Shown here: piece by piece, positions 20,263 to 30,100 of the stretch
Layout: each line of letters opens with the position of its first letter
Numbering within the stretch: position 1 is the first letter of the stretch
Sequence record: DRR723986_7057
DNA length: 48,026 nt
Direction: 5' to 3' (one strand)
The notes under the pieces: generated by a model
The model's input: only the letters and a program-made list of their open reading frames with translations
Databases searched by the model: none
What the model was told of the DNA's origin: nothing
Program-made: the position numbers and the translations under genes

Positions 20263-20580
20263 ATGGCAATGAATGAAGTGGAATTTCACGATGTGCTCGA
20301 CACCCTCTACGAGACGATTGAGGACGCCGTGGATACGTTGTCGGTCGACGTAGACTGCGAGATCGCCGGCAGCGTGTTAACCCTGACATGCCCGGATGGC
20401 AGTGCCCTGATTTTTAGTCGGCAGGCGGCGAACCGGGAGTTGTGGCTGGCGGCGCGCAGCGGCGGTTATCACTTTAGTTGGGATGGCCAGCAATGGTTCT
20501 GTCAGCGCGAGCAGCAGTCGCTGAGTGAATTATTGCAGCTCTGTGCGCAGGATCAAATTGGCGAGGCGCTGGATATTTAA
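20263..20580 (+). CDS. cyaY: Iron donor protein CyaY (frataxin)
   Basis: 'MNEVEFH', 'GSVLTL', 'SRQ...ELWLAARSGGYHF'; start at ATG 20263 or 20269 after CAGGA. Confidence 0.94.
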   Translation: MAMNEVEFHDVLDTLYETIEDAVDTLSVDVDCEIAGSVLTLTCPDGSALIFSRQAANRELWLAARSGGYHFSWDGQQWFCQREQQSLSELLQLCAQDQIGEALDI

Positions 20581-20585
20581 CGCCG

Positions 20586-23342
20586 CTACGAGGTGTGGAG
20601 CCTGTCGACTTCCCGCTGGATAAGCTCTTCCAAGTAGCGTTTGTAGCGCATGTACACCGTGGTTTGCTGCGGCGGTTTATTCCCCAGATTCACCCGGTCA
20701 ATCGCAAAGTGCCGCTGTTTCGGATAGCGCTCCACCAGTTGCGTTGCCAGCCGGGTAAACAGCTTGGCACCCTCATCGCGATAATACAGTTGCTGGTTGT
20801 TCCAGCGCACATCAAATACCGGGCGAGCGCGCTGACGGGCGTGGGCGGTGGCCTCCAGATACAGCGGCGATTGCTGTGCTGGCGGTGCCTGAAGGGGGCG
20901 ACTCTGCCAGCGGCCGTCGTGCTGAATGAGTTTGTAGAGCCGCACCCGGTGGCGCAGCCCCTGCTCCTTGCGCGAATGCTGAAGAAATTGCAGCAGCTGA
21001 TAAATCAGCGCGTCGGGGGCGCTGCTCTCGGCTGGCAGGTAGATTAGCGAGCCGCGTTCATCGCGCAGAAAAATATCCACCAAGGTCGCGCGCAGGTGCA
21101 CAAAAATATAACAGTCGTCACTGCGACAGGTGTCGATAATACTGGCAAGGGCAGAGTTGGGCAGGCAGTGGCGATCCATGCGCAGCGGGCTAAAGCGGCT
21201 TTGGCCACGTTCCAAGCACTGAATAAGCTCGCTATAGCTGTCGGCATTGACCACATCCAGCTCGTTATTGCGCTGTTGCAGAATGTGAAAGCCATCGGCC
21301 AGTTTCAGAATATAGCGGGTGTTGGCCTCGGTATTTTCAAAGCAGGGTTGCACGCCCGCAGCCAGGCCCATCAGTCGCCGCGCCAGCCGTTCACCCGGGT
21401 CATTGAAGCACAGTATGTCGATTTTCGGCGGCGAGCTGCCGCTGGCGGCGGCGACCGTCAGCTGTTGATAAGCATGTAGCGTGTTGAGCAGGGCCTCACC
21501 GCCGGTAAAGGCCATCGACGATACTTCTCCCCAGCTGTTCAACACCACCATCTCCACATTGGCCACGGGATAGCAGCTGCTGTGCTGGCCAATGCCCTGG
21601 CTGCTGAGCTGGCTGAGGCTGTCCTGCCCGAGGTTGATGCAAAACAGGGTGTACAGCGGCACCTTGGGGCGAGTGAAAGCGGCGTGCTGGGCAGGGTCTG
21701 CGGCGGGCAGACGTTTGGGTAAGTGGGCGTGCAACCAGGTGGCTAGGCGGTTCAAATCGGCCTCGCTCACGCCCTGACTGCGACTGCTAAGCCGCAGGCG
21801 GCTATTCTCTTTGACCAAGCCATTACAGTAACACCAGCACAACAGGCCGCTCAGGTGTTCGTCTTCCTTGAGAACGGCGCCGCTCTCGAAGTCGTGGCGG
21901 GCGCTGGCACTCACTGCCCAGCGGCGCTGATTACCAAAGCCAAGAGTGTGGAAATACAATTGCTGTTCGGAAAGGTCGGGGGCGATGCCGGGGTTGAGCC
22001 ACTCTACCTTGTGCCGCTTGCGCTCGAAGGCGGCGTAGAGCTTGCGGCCGAGCAGGGTCATTTCCTCTGAGTTAATTAGCGCTGACTGCTGGCTGTGGGC
22101 GGCGAAGTCTTGCAAGAAGCGGTAGCTGTTGGTCAGCTCCGCCACCAAAAAGCGGTGTTCGTCACGCACACGCCGCAGTTTCCAGCGGTGGCGGGTGTCG
22201 AGGTTGAGTAAGGTCTCCGACTGCCAGTGCCACTGGCTGGCGAGGACGCTCATGCGTTGATGGCGCTCGACTTGCTTGCTCGCCGCCGGCCGCGACAGGT
22301 GTAACCCGGTTTTGAAGTAAAAGGCGCGGCGCACCAGCTCCAGCCGGTCTTTCTCTCCACGCTCTGACAGGTAGTGCTCCAAGCGTTGGTATACAAGGAT
22401 ATAGGGGTCGAGCTGGTCGGCGTCGCATTCGCCGTTGTACACGCGTTCTTTTAAGGCGAGGCAGATCGGCTGCACGTTCGGGTAGTGGCGAGCGTAGGCC
22501 TCGGTGAGCAGCAGTTTCAAAAGTGCTTTGTAAGGCGAAGCAATGGCCTTGTAGAGTTGCCACACACCCGCGCCAATAAATTCACCGGCGGGAATGGCGG
22601 CAACACCGCCGAAGTTAATCGACTCATCGGGGCCGATATGCTGTTGCGCGTGGAGCAGGGCGGTGTATTCGTCGTAATTCTCCTCTTCCTCTGGCGGCAC
22701 CAGCCACCAGATTGGATAGCGACCGGCAACCACCACCACGCTGCGGTAGAACTCGTCCAGCAGCAAATAGTGCTGGCTGGTGCCCGCGCCCTCGGCGCTT
22801 AAGCGCTCGCGCTTGCCGCGCCGAAACTGCTCGTTGTCCATCAAGAAAAAGTGCAGCTCCAGGCCCAGCTCGGCGGCCCACTGACTAATATGCTCGGCTT
22901 TTTCCTGTAACTGCTTGCGCGCCTCACTGGGCAGGGCATTGCGATGGCACAACCAAACATCCAGGTCGGAGTCTTCGGCCTGCGCGATACTGCCGCAGGA
23001 ACCCATGATGAAGATGCTGTGGATCAGGCGGTGTTCGGGGGCGCGGTAGTGAAAACCGCTGGCGATATATTGTTGCGCGCGTTCCACCAGTTTGGGCGTT
23101 GGCTCAAAGCGGTCGATGCCGCAGGGCGTGTCTTTGCTGCTGTAGCCAGGCAGAGAGGGGTGGTTCACATGGAACAACAGAGGAACCAGGTCGAACAGAA
23201 TACGCTGACGTTCCTGTAGGGCCGCGCGAGTGCGTAGCAAGCGCTCGGCGTTAAGCTGCAGAAAACGCTCGCGAACATCGGCGATGCGTTGCCGGCTAAT
23301 GCCGCGCTCAAAGAGCGATGGAGGAGCGTGTTTTGCCGACAT
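20586..23342 (-). CDS. cyaA: Class I adenylate cyclase
   Basis: 'PLLFHVNHPSLPGY', 'MGSCGSIAQAEDSDLDVW', 'LLLDEFYRS', 'WQLYKAIASPYK', 'LGRKLYAAFERK', 'NSWGEV'. Confidence 0.95.
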   Translation of the reverse strand: MSAKHAPPSLFERGISRQRIADVRERFLQLNAERLLRTRAALQERQRILFDLVPLLFHVNHPSLPGYSSKDTPCGIDRFEPTPKLVERAQQYIASGFHYRAPEHRLIHSIFIMGSCGSIAQAEDSDLDVWLCHRNALPSEARKQLQEKAEHISQWAAELGLELHFFLMDNEQFRRGKRERLSAEGAGTSQHYLLLDEFYRSVVVVAGRYPIWWLVPPEEEENYDEYTALLHAQQHIGPDESINFGGVAAIPAGEFIGAGVWQLYKAIASPYKALLKLLLTEAYARHYPNVQPICLALKERVYNGECDADQLDPYILVYQRLEHYLSERGEKDRLELVRRAFYFKTGLHLSRPAASKQVERHQRMSVLASQWHWQSETLLNLDTRHRWKLRRVRDEHRFLVAELTNSYRFLQDFAAHSQQSALINSEEMTLLGRKLYAAFERKRHKVEWLNPGIAPDLSEQQLYFHTLGFGNQRRWAVSASARHDFESGAVLKEDEHLSGLLCWCYCNGLVKENSRLRLSSRSQGVSEADLNRLATWLHAHLPKRLPAADPAQHAAFTRPKVPLYTLFCINLGQDSLSQLSSQGIGQHSSCYPVANVEMVVLNSWGEVSSMAFTGGEALLNTLHAYQQLTVAAASGSSPPKIDILCFNDPGERLARRLMGLAAGVQPCFENTEANTRYILKLADGFHILQQRNNELDVVNADSYSELIQCLERGQSRFSPLRMDRHCLPNSALASIIDTCRSDDCYIFVHLRATLVDIFLRDERGSLIYLPAESSAPDALIYQLLQFLQHSRKEQGLRHRVRLYKLIQHDGRWQSRPLQAPPAQQSPLYLEATAHARQRARPVFDVRWNNQQLYYRDEGAKLFTRLATQLVERYPKQRHFAIDRVNLGNKPPQQTTVYMRYKRYLEELIQREVDRLHTS

Positions 23343-23399
23343 AAAAGCCTGTAAAACCGTGGGTGACGGCTTTCACTGTAGCGTGAGCCAACGCAGATG

Positions 23400-25385
23400 T
23401 CATGGCGCGATGCGCTTGAGCAGCAAGTGGCCTTGTGGGTCGAGTTGGGCTTGCCAGCCCTCGGCCAGCCAGGTTGTGGCCACCGCCTCGCAGATGAGCG
23501 CGGGCCCGGCCAGTACGTCGCCGGGCTGCAGCTGTTCGCGTTGGTAGCGGGGCACGGGCTGGCTGATAAAGGCAACGCGCTGGTGGCTGGGTTCGCGCTG
23601 CGCCTGCCCTTGGTGTGGTGGCAACGCCTGTAATGCGGCGGGGGCGCGCAGGGCAAGACGCAAGTTCACCAATTGTACCGGCAGCCCTAAACGGTGGCCG
23701 TAGCGCTTGGCGTGGGCGCGGTGAAAGGCCTCTTCGCAGTCTTCAATACTGCCGTCAAAGGGCAGGTTCAAGGTGTAGGACTGCCCCTGATAACACAGGT
23801 CCAAACTGGCTTGTGCCTGTATGGCGTCGCTTGCTACCCCTTCATCGGTGAGGGCTTTCTGGCCTTCATCGCGAAGGTCGGCAAAGGCTTGCGCTAAAGC
23901 ATCGCTGGAAAGCGTGGCCAGGGCCTGGTTAAGCGTTCGGGAAAGTTGTCGCTCTCGCGGGGCCAGCAGCATTCCCAAAGCGGAAAATACCCCGCCATAA
24001 TTGGGAATAATGACCTCGTTGGTGCCCAGTGCTTCGGCCAGCGCGCAAACATGCAAACCGCCGGCGCCGCCAAAGCAGCACAAACTAAACTCAGCGGGGT
24101 CGTAGCCGCGCTGCAGGGAAATGACCCGCAAGGCGCGCACCATGTGCTCGTTCGCAATATCAATAATGCCGGCGGCCGTGTCTTCCACCGACAAGCCAAG
24201 CTCACTGGCCAGGGCCGCGACGGCGGCCGTTGCCGCGTCACGTTGCAGCGGCAGTTTTCCGCCCAGGCGGGCGTCATCGGGTAAGCGGCCGAGCACCACA
24301 TTGGCATCGGTCACTGTAGCGCGCAGCCCGCCCTTGCCGTAGCAGGCGGGGCCGGGGGAGGCTCCCGCCGATTCAGGGCCAACGCGCAGCAGGCCGCCTT
24401 CATCCAAGTGGGCAATAGAGCCGCCGCCAGCGCCGATGGTGTGCATGTCCACCATCGGTACCGCGACGGGGTAAGGGCCGATATGGCCCTCGGTGGTCAG
24501 GGTAATATCGCCATCAATCAACGCGACATCGCTGGATGTGCCGCCCATATCGAACGTAATCAGTGCATGCCGGTTCAGTATCCGGCCGAGTTGGCGGGCC
24601 GCTGCCAAGCCCCCGGCGGGACCGGAAAGTAATAAATTTACCGCCCGTTTTGCCGCGTTAGTGGCATCTAAGGTGCCACCGGACGATTGCATGATCGCCA
24701 GCGGCGTGCGTGGCATGGCCGCCTGCAGACGCTGCAAATAGCCCTGCACCTTTGGCCCCAGCCAGGCATTGAGCCAGGTGGCCATGCCGCGCTCATACTC
24801 CTTGTATTCCGGCAGTACCTCGCTGGAGCGTGAACAGAACAGGCGGTCGGGCAGGGCGGCAGCAATGGCTTTTTCGTCGGCGTCGTTCAGGAAGGAAAAC
24901 AGCAAATTAATCGCCACCGCTTCGGGCTGTAGCTCGGCGAGTTGTTCGCGCAGTGTCTCAAGCTCTGAAGCGGACACAGCCTTCAATACTTTTCCCTGGG
25001 CATCCACCCGGCAGTCCACCTCCAAGCAGAGCTCGGCGGGAACCGGCGGCGCGACGGGGGGCGGGCACAAGTTATACAACTCGCGGCGGGTTTGTCGGCC
25101 AATGCTGAGCACATCGGCAAAGCCGCGGTTTGTTATATACGCCGTGCGCACGCCTTTTCCTTCCAGCGCGGCATTAGTGGCCACTGTGGAGCCGTGGACC
25201 ACAGTTAACGAACCATCTTGGATACAGTCTTCCAGGCCCAGTGCGCGAATACCCTGCAAGATTGCGCGCTCGGGTTGGTCCGGCGTTGACAAACATTTGT
25301 GCAAGCGTATGCCGCTGCCATCCACTGCAACAAAATCAGTAAACGTGCCGCCCGTATCGACGCCCAATAAACACAGTGATGACAT
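23400..25385 (-). CDS. Hydantoinase A / 5-oxoprolinase ATP-binding subunit family protein
   Basis: 'GVDTGGTFTD', 'HGSTVATNA', 'SGPAGG', 'DMGGTSSD', 'IGAGGGS', 'FGGAGGLH'; probable start at 25385. Confidence 0.93.
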   Translation of the reverse strand: MSSLCLLGVDTGGTFTDFVAVDGSGIRLHKCLSTPDQPERAILQGIRALGLEDCIQDGSLTVVHGSTVATNAALEGKGVRTAYITNRGFADVLSIGRQTRRELYNLCPPPVAPPVPAELCLEVDCRVDAQGKVLKAVSASELETLREQLAELQPEAVAINLLFSFLNDADEKAIAAALPDRLFCSRSSEVLPEYKEYERGMATWLNAWLGPKVQGYLQRLQAAMPRTPLAIMQSSGGTLDATNAAKRAVNLLLSGPAGGLAAARQLGRILNRHALITFDMGGTSSDVALIDGDITLTTEGHIGPYPVAVPMVDMHTIGAGGGSIAHLDEGGLLRVGPESAGASPGPACYGKGGLRATVTDANVVLGRLPDDARLGGKLPLQRDAATAAVAALASELGLSVEDTAAGIIDIANEHMVRALRVISLQRGYDPAEFSLCCFGGAGGLHVCALAEALGTNEVIIPNYGGVFSALGMLLAPRERQLSRTLNQALATLSSDALAQAFADLRDEGQKALTDEGVASDAIQAQASLDLCYQGQSYTLNLPFDGSIEDCEEAFHRAHAKRYGHRLGLPVQLVNLRLALRAPAALQALPPHQGQAQREPSHQRVAFISQPVPRYQREQLQPGDVLAGPALICEAVATTWLAEGWQAQLDPQGHLLLKRIAP

Positions 25386-25448
25386 AGGTATACGCGTATC
25401 CAAAAAGCGATATTGTCGCGGCTTCAGCGCCATAAGTCATTATTGGAT

Positions 25449-25473
25449 AGCGCAGGTCAGACACCTTCCTACA
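25449..25473 (-). repeat. Degenerate REP copy
   Basis: Reverse complement TGTAGGAAGGTGTCTGACCTGCGCT resembles TGTAGGAGCGGGTCTGACCGCGA. Confidence 0.55.
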
Positions 25474-25521
25474 AGGTATGAGGCACGGATCATGTGGTGT
25501 GCTGGAACAAAGCGGTGTTTT

Positions 25522-25595
25522 TGTAGGAGCCCGCCTGAGGGCGACCAGAACGAACGGTAGGGGTTGGATTAATCGCGGTCAGGCCCGCTCCTACA
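25522..25595. repeat. REP doublet (REPIN-like) upstream of mutM
   Basis: TGTAGGAGCCCGCCTGAGGGCGA + 28-bp spacer + TCGCGGTCAGGCCCGCTCCTACA; inverted TGTAGGAGC/GCTCCTACA ends. Confidence 0.88.
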
Positions 25596-25701
25596 CTGCG
25601 TAAAGCACGACTTTAGTCGCGAAGATTCGTCGCGCGAAACCTCAAAAGATCATCAGCAATATTTTCGGTAGAATTGGCCCACGCAAATACGAGGTAGCGC
25701 T

Positions 25702-26517
25702 GTGCCAGAACTTCCAGAGGTCGAAACGGTATGCCGGGGCATTCGCCCCCACTTACAGGGGCGAGTTTTCACCCAGGCAACGGTGCGTCAACCGCAACTG
25801 CGCTGGCCGGTGCCCGACAACCTTAATGAATTACTGCGCAACCAAACGGTTCACAGCGTGAATCGACGGGCGAAGTACGTGCTGGTCGAACTGGATCAGG
25901 GCAGCCTAATGGTGCATTTAGGTATGTCTGGGCGTTTGTATTTTGTGCCAGCCGGAACGCCTGCAGCCAAGCACGATCACGTGGATTTTGCCCTCGACAG
26001 CGGCCAGCTGCTTCGCTACACCGACCCCCGCCGCTTTGGCGCGGTGTTATGGCTTGGCGGCGAAGCCTCAGAACACCACTTACTTTCGCACCTGGGCCCC
26101 GAGCCGCTGTCCGAGGATTTTAATGCCGGCTACCTATTCAGCCGAGCAAAGGGGCGTAAGGTTCCGGTGAAAACCCTGCTGATGGACGGCAGGGTGGTTG
26201 TTGGCGTGGGTAACATCTACGCCAATGAAGCACTGTTCATGGCCGGTATACGCCCGGACCGCGAGGCAGGCAGTATCAGCAAAGCGCGTTACCAGCGCCT
26301 GGTCATGTGCGTAAAGCAAGTGTTGGAAAAAGCCATTGCCCAAGGTGGCACCACCCTGAAAGACTTTGTGGGCGGGGATGGCCGCCCCGGCTACTTTAAA
26401 CAAGAACTACTAGTGTACGGCCGCGCGGGCTTACCCTGCCCAACCTGCGCGGGGGCGCTAAAAGAAATCCGCCAGGCCCAGCGCAGTACCGTTTTTTGCT
26501 CACGCTGCCAGCGCTAG
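25702..26517 (+). CDS. mutM: Formamidopyrimidine-DNA glycosylase / AP lyase
   Basis: 'PELPEVE', 'RRAKY', 'HLGMSG', 'DPRRFG', 'GVGNIYANE', C-terminal zinc finger CPTC..CSRCQ; GAGG RBS; TAGAAT at 25669. Confidence 0.98.
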   Translation: MPELPEVETVCRGIRPHLQGRVFTQATVRQPQLRWPVPDNLNELLRNQTVHSVNRRAKYVLVELDQGSLMVHLGMSGRLYFVPAGTPAAKHDHVDFALDSGQLLRYTDPRRFGAVLWLGGEASEHHLLSHLGPEPLSEDFNAGYLFSRAKGRKVPVKTLLMDGRVVVGVGNIYANEALFMAGIRPDREAGSISKARYQRLVMCVKQVLEKAIAQGGTTLKDFVGGDGRPGYFKQELLVYGRAGLPCPTCAGALKEIRQAQRSTVFCSRCQR

Positions 26518-26560
26518 CCGCGAGCGGTGCGAGACCTGCCTGATTGCGTAGCGTGTTTTC

Positions 26561-26670
26561 GTAGGACAGTGTGGCCCGCGAGTGGAGCGAGTGCTGTGGC
26601 CAGCCCGCCCGAGGGCGACCAGAACGAACGCTAGGGATTGGAATCAATCGCGGTCAGACCCGCTCCTACA
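26561..26670. repeat. REP doublet (REPIN-like) downstream of mutM plus an extra degenerate REP
   Basis: 26595-26670 is a direct repeat of 25522-25595 including the spacer; GTAGGACAGTGTGGCCCGCGA at 26561-26581. Confidence 0.85.
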
Positions 26671-26710
26671 AAATCCTCGGCTGGTTTATCGCGCGAGCCA
26701 TAATGACGAC

Positions 26711-28450
26711 TTAAAACCCAGCAATACTGCCCTCGCGCCGGGGGTCGGCACCGCCCAGTAAGCCTTGCTCGGTGATCTGAATAACATGCAGGCCGCTGGT
26801 TTGGTCGCGCAGTGTCACGGGGTGGCCTCTGCCACGCATCCTTGCCACCGTGGCGGGATCGGCTTTGCCGCTCTCCATCTCCACGCCGCGCCCCATGGCA
26901 ATGATATGGCCTTCGGCGATGGCCTCGCCCACGGGCAGATTGAGCGCAAGGATGCGGTACAGGCTGGCGGCAACATAGTCGATAATACGCGCTCCACCGG
27001 GGCTACCCAGCGCCAAAACAGGTTGCTGGTTTTTAAACACAATGGTGGGAGCCATAGACGAGCGTGGCCGTTTGCCAGCGGCAACACGGTTGGCAACCAG
27101 CGCCCCGTCATTGCTCAGCGGCGAGAATGAAAAGTCCGTGAGCTGATTGTTCAGTAGAAAACCCCCTACCATCACGCGGGACCCAAAAGCAGTTTCAATG
27201 CTACTGGTCATACTCACCACATTTCCCCAGCGGTCAACAATGCTGAAATGGGTAGTGGAGGGGAGTTCAGGCGACGAGGCCGAGCGGCGTTTTGGTGCTG
27301 CTGCCGGGTTGCCGGGCTTCACGTCTGTGAGGACGGCGGCGTTATCGATCAGCGTTGCGCGCTGGCGCAGGTAGTCGCTGTCTACCATTGCTTGGCTGGG
27401 CACCTCGACAAAGTCTGGGTCGCCCACGTAGTGGTTGCGGTCGGCGAAGGCCAAGCGCGAGGCCTCAATAAAACCGTGCTGCCAATCGGCGCGCAAGCCC
27501 ATGCGTTGTTCGTATGCCTCTAGCATTCCCAGAATGGCCAGTACCGTGGTTGCCCCTGACGACGGCGGCGGTGCGCCACATACCGAGTACTCCCGGAAGG
27601 GCGCGCACAGTGCTTCGCGCTTGATCGCACGGTAATTCGCCAAGTCTTGCGGGGTGAGCTCACCGGCACTATTTGGGTCATTGCGAACGGCATCGACAAT
27701 GGCCTGGGCGAGCTTGCCGCGATAAAAATCCTCGCTGCCGTGTTTTTGTATGCGACCTAGTGTCGCAGCGTAAGCGGGGTTCTTCAGTACATGCCCCACA
27801 GGCTTAGGCTGCCAACCGCCGTCTGCGCGCGTAAAAAAGTAGCGTTGAATATAGGGGTTTACGGCCACCTTCGGCATTCGCTCAAGTAAAATATGCAGGC
27901 GTTCTGATACTGCAAAACCCTGCTTGGCAAGGCGAATTGCTGGCTCAAACAGTGTCGCCCAAGGCAGTTTGCCATGAGCGCGATGGGCAGATTCCAGCAT
28001 TGCCAATACGCCGGGTACGCCCACCGAGCGGCCGCCAATCACGGCGTCGAAAAAACGCATGGGCGTGCCATCGGCCTGTAAAAAATACGTGTCGTTGGCG
28101 GTGGCTGGCGCGGTTTCCCGGCCGTCCCAGCTCTCCAGCACCCCGCGCTGTGCCTGCCAATGAAGCATAAAGGCACCGCCGCCAATGCCCGACGACTGCG
28201 GTTCAACCAAACCGAGCACCAATTGCGCCGCAATGGCCGCGTCGACCGCGGAGCCACCTTTTTGCAGCACCCATTTCGCGGCGTCACTGGCATGAGGGTT
28301 CGCGGTAACCGCCATTGCGGTTTGGTATCGCGCCGACTTAATTTGGCCGAAGCCGCTCGCCGCTTCCGGAACAATAAGGGGATCGCTGGCGTGGGCGAAC
28401 GTGCCCAGGCATAACCAAAGCAACGTCAGCAAGGTTTTGTGCGCTTTCAA
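26711..28450 (-). CDS. ggt: Gamma-glutamyltransferase (periplasmic)
   Basis: 'GGSAVDAAIA', 'EPQSSGIGGG', 'DGRETAP', catalytic 'TTHFSIVD', 'LNNQLTDF', 'KRPRSSM', 'GSPGG', 'DPRR'. Signal peptide after a TTG start (28450 or 28453) with a GGAGG RBS. Confidence 0.95.
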   Translation of the reverse strand: MKAHKTLLTLLWLCLGTFAHASDPLIVPEAASGFGQIKSARYQTAMAVTANPHASDAAKWVLQKGGSAVDAAIAAQLVLGLVEPQSSGIGGGAFMLHWQAQRGVLESWDGRETAPATANDTYFLQADGTPMRFFDAVIGGRSVGVPGVLAMLESAHRAHGKLPWATLFEPAIRLAKQGFAVSERLHILLERMPKVAVNPYIQRYFFTRADGGWQPKPVGHVLKNPAYAATLGRIQKHGSEDFYRGKLAQAIVDAVRNDPNSAGELTPQDLANYRAIKREALCAPFREYSVCGAPPPSSGATTVLAILGMLEAYEQRMGLRADWQHGFIEASRLAFADRNHYVGDPDFVEVPSQAMVDSDYLRQRATLIDNAAVLTDVKPGNPAAAPKRRSASSPELPSTTHFSIVDRWGNVVSMTSSIETAFGSRVMVGGFLLNNQLTDFSFSPLSNDGALVANRVAAGKRPRSSMAPTIVFKNQQPVLALGSPGGARIIDYVAASLYRILALNLPVGEAIAEGHIIAMGRGVEMESGKADPATVARMRGRGHPVTLRDQTSGLHVIQITEQGLLGGADPRREGSIAGF

Positions 28451-28698
28451 CAAATTATCCTCCAGTACCGCGGTGGGAAATGCTCGCCGTGGGCCAGTGT
28501 AGCGCAAACCCAGCGGTGCTCTCACAATTTTGTCAAGGGGTGACATAGCGCGCGAGCTTTGTTTATGATCAGTTTCACTTGCGGTACCGAACCGTTATCG
28601 CGCGCCACGAATTGGTGTCGGTATCCAGGGAAGGAAACGAGATCGGTACAACCATAACAATAAGACGCAAACGATAGCGACCTAGGGAAGGGATTACG

Positions 28699-28989
28699 AT
28701 GTTAGAACAGCTCCCCGCTGTATATATTTTAGCGAACCGAGAAAGTGGCAGCCTGCACAGTGGTGTTGCCGCCAATTTACGACAACACCTCCATGACTAT
28801 CGCCAGGCCTTGGGCGACATTCGCAAAGAGGTATTCGAGCTCGTGTATTTTGAGCTTTTTGAAGACCTCGAACAGGCCTATATGCGAGAGAAACAAATTA
28901 AGGAATACTCCCACCGCCGCAAAACCGCCTTAATCGACAGTATTAACCCCAAGTGGGACGATCTCTACCAGACCGGAGAAGAAGCCTGA
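28699..28989 (+). CDS. GIY-YIG nuclease superfamily small protein, degenerate motifs
   Basis: 'AVYILAN...LHSG', 'LVYFE', 'REKQIK', 'LIDSINPKWDDL'. Confidence 0.85.
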   Translation: MLEQLPAVYILANRESGSLHSGVAANLRQHLHDYRQALGDIRKEVFELVYFELFEDLEQAYMREKQIKEYSHRRKTALIDSINPKWDDLYQTGEEA

Positions 28990-29056
28990 GCGCCGAGCTT
29001 GTTCGTATTCGGTGAATTCGATACCATCTGCCGCCTTAATTGCAATCCGGTGACTT

Positions 29057-29795
<739 letters not shown>

Positions 29796-30012
29796 GGGTG
29801 GCGCTACGAGTAGTGTTGCCGTGGGGGCGACTTACCCAAGGCACTCCCTGCGGTCGCGGGGCACGCTGTTAGTCGCGAAAGTTCGTAGCGCTAAGCCACA
29901 TTCGATAGCACGTTTAGCAATGAGCTTTTTTAGACCTCATTCGCGGTTAGAACCGCTACCCAAGACATTCCCTGCAGTCATGATGCATAGCGTGGACTTG
30001 AGCAAAACGATG

Positions 30013-30078
30013 TTTTGTAGGGCAGTGCGACCTGCGAGAGGACGACTTGGTGATGAGTCGCGGCTACGGCCTACAAAA
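30013..30078. repeat. Degenerate REP doublet downstream of wzc
   Basis: TTTTGTAGG...CCTACAAAA inverted ends; GTAGGGCAGTGCGACCTGCGA resembles 26561-26581. Confidence 0.65.
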
Positions 30079-30100
30079 CGCAGGCCGTGCCACGCCTATA

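Noticed and set aside
24769-25560. 263-aa ORF on + strand
   Set aside because: Antisense to the hydantoinase gene and runs into REP DNA; low-complexity Ser/Ala/Arg composition
25449-26670. Repeats as a possible CRISPR array or IS ends
   Set aside because: No regular repeat-spacer periodicity, no cas or transposase gene, and no target-site duplication seen; they match REP architecture
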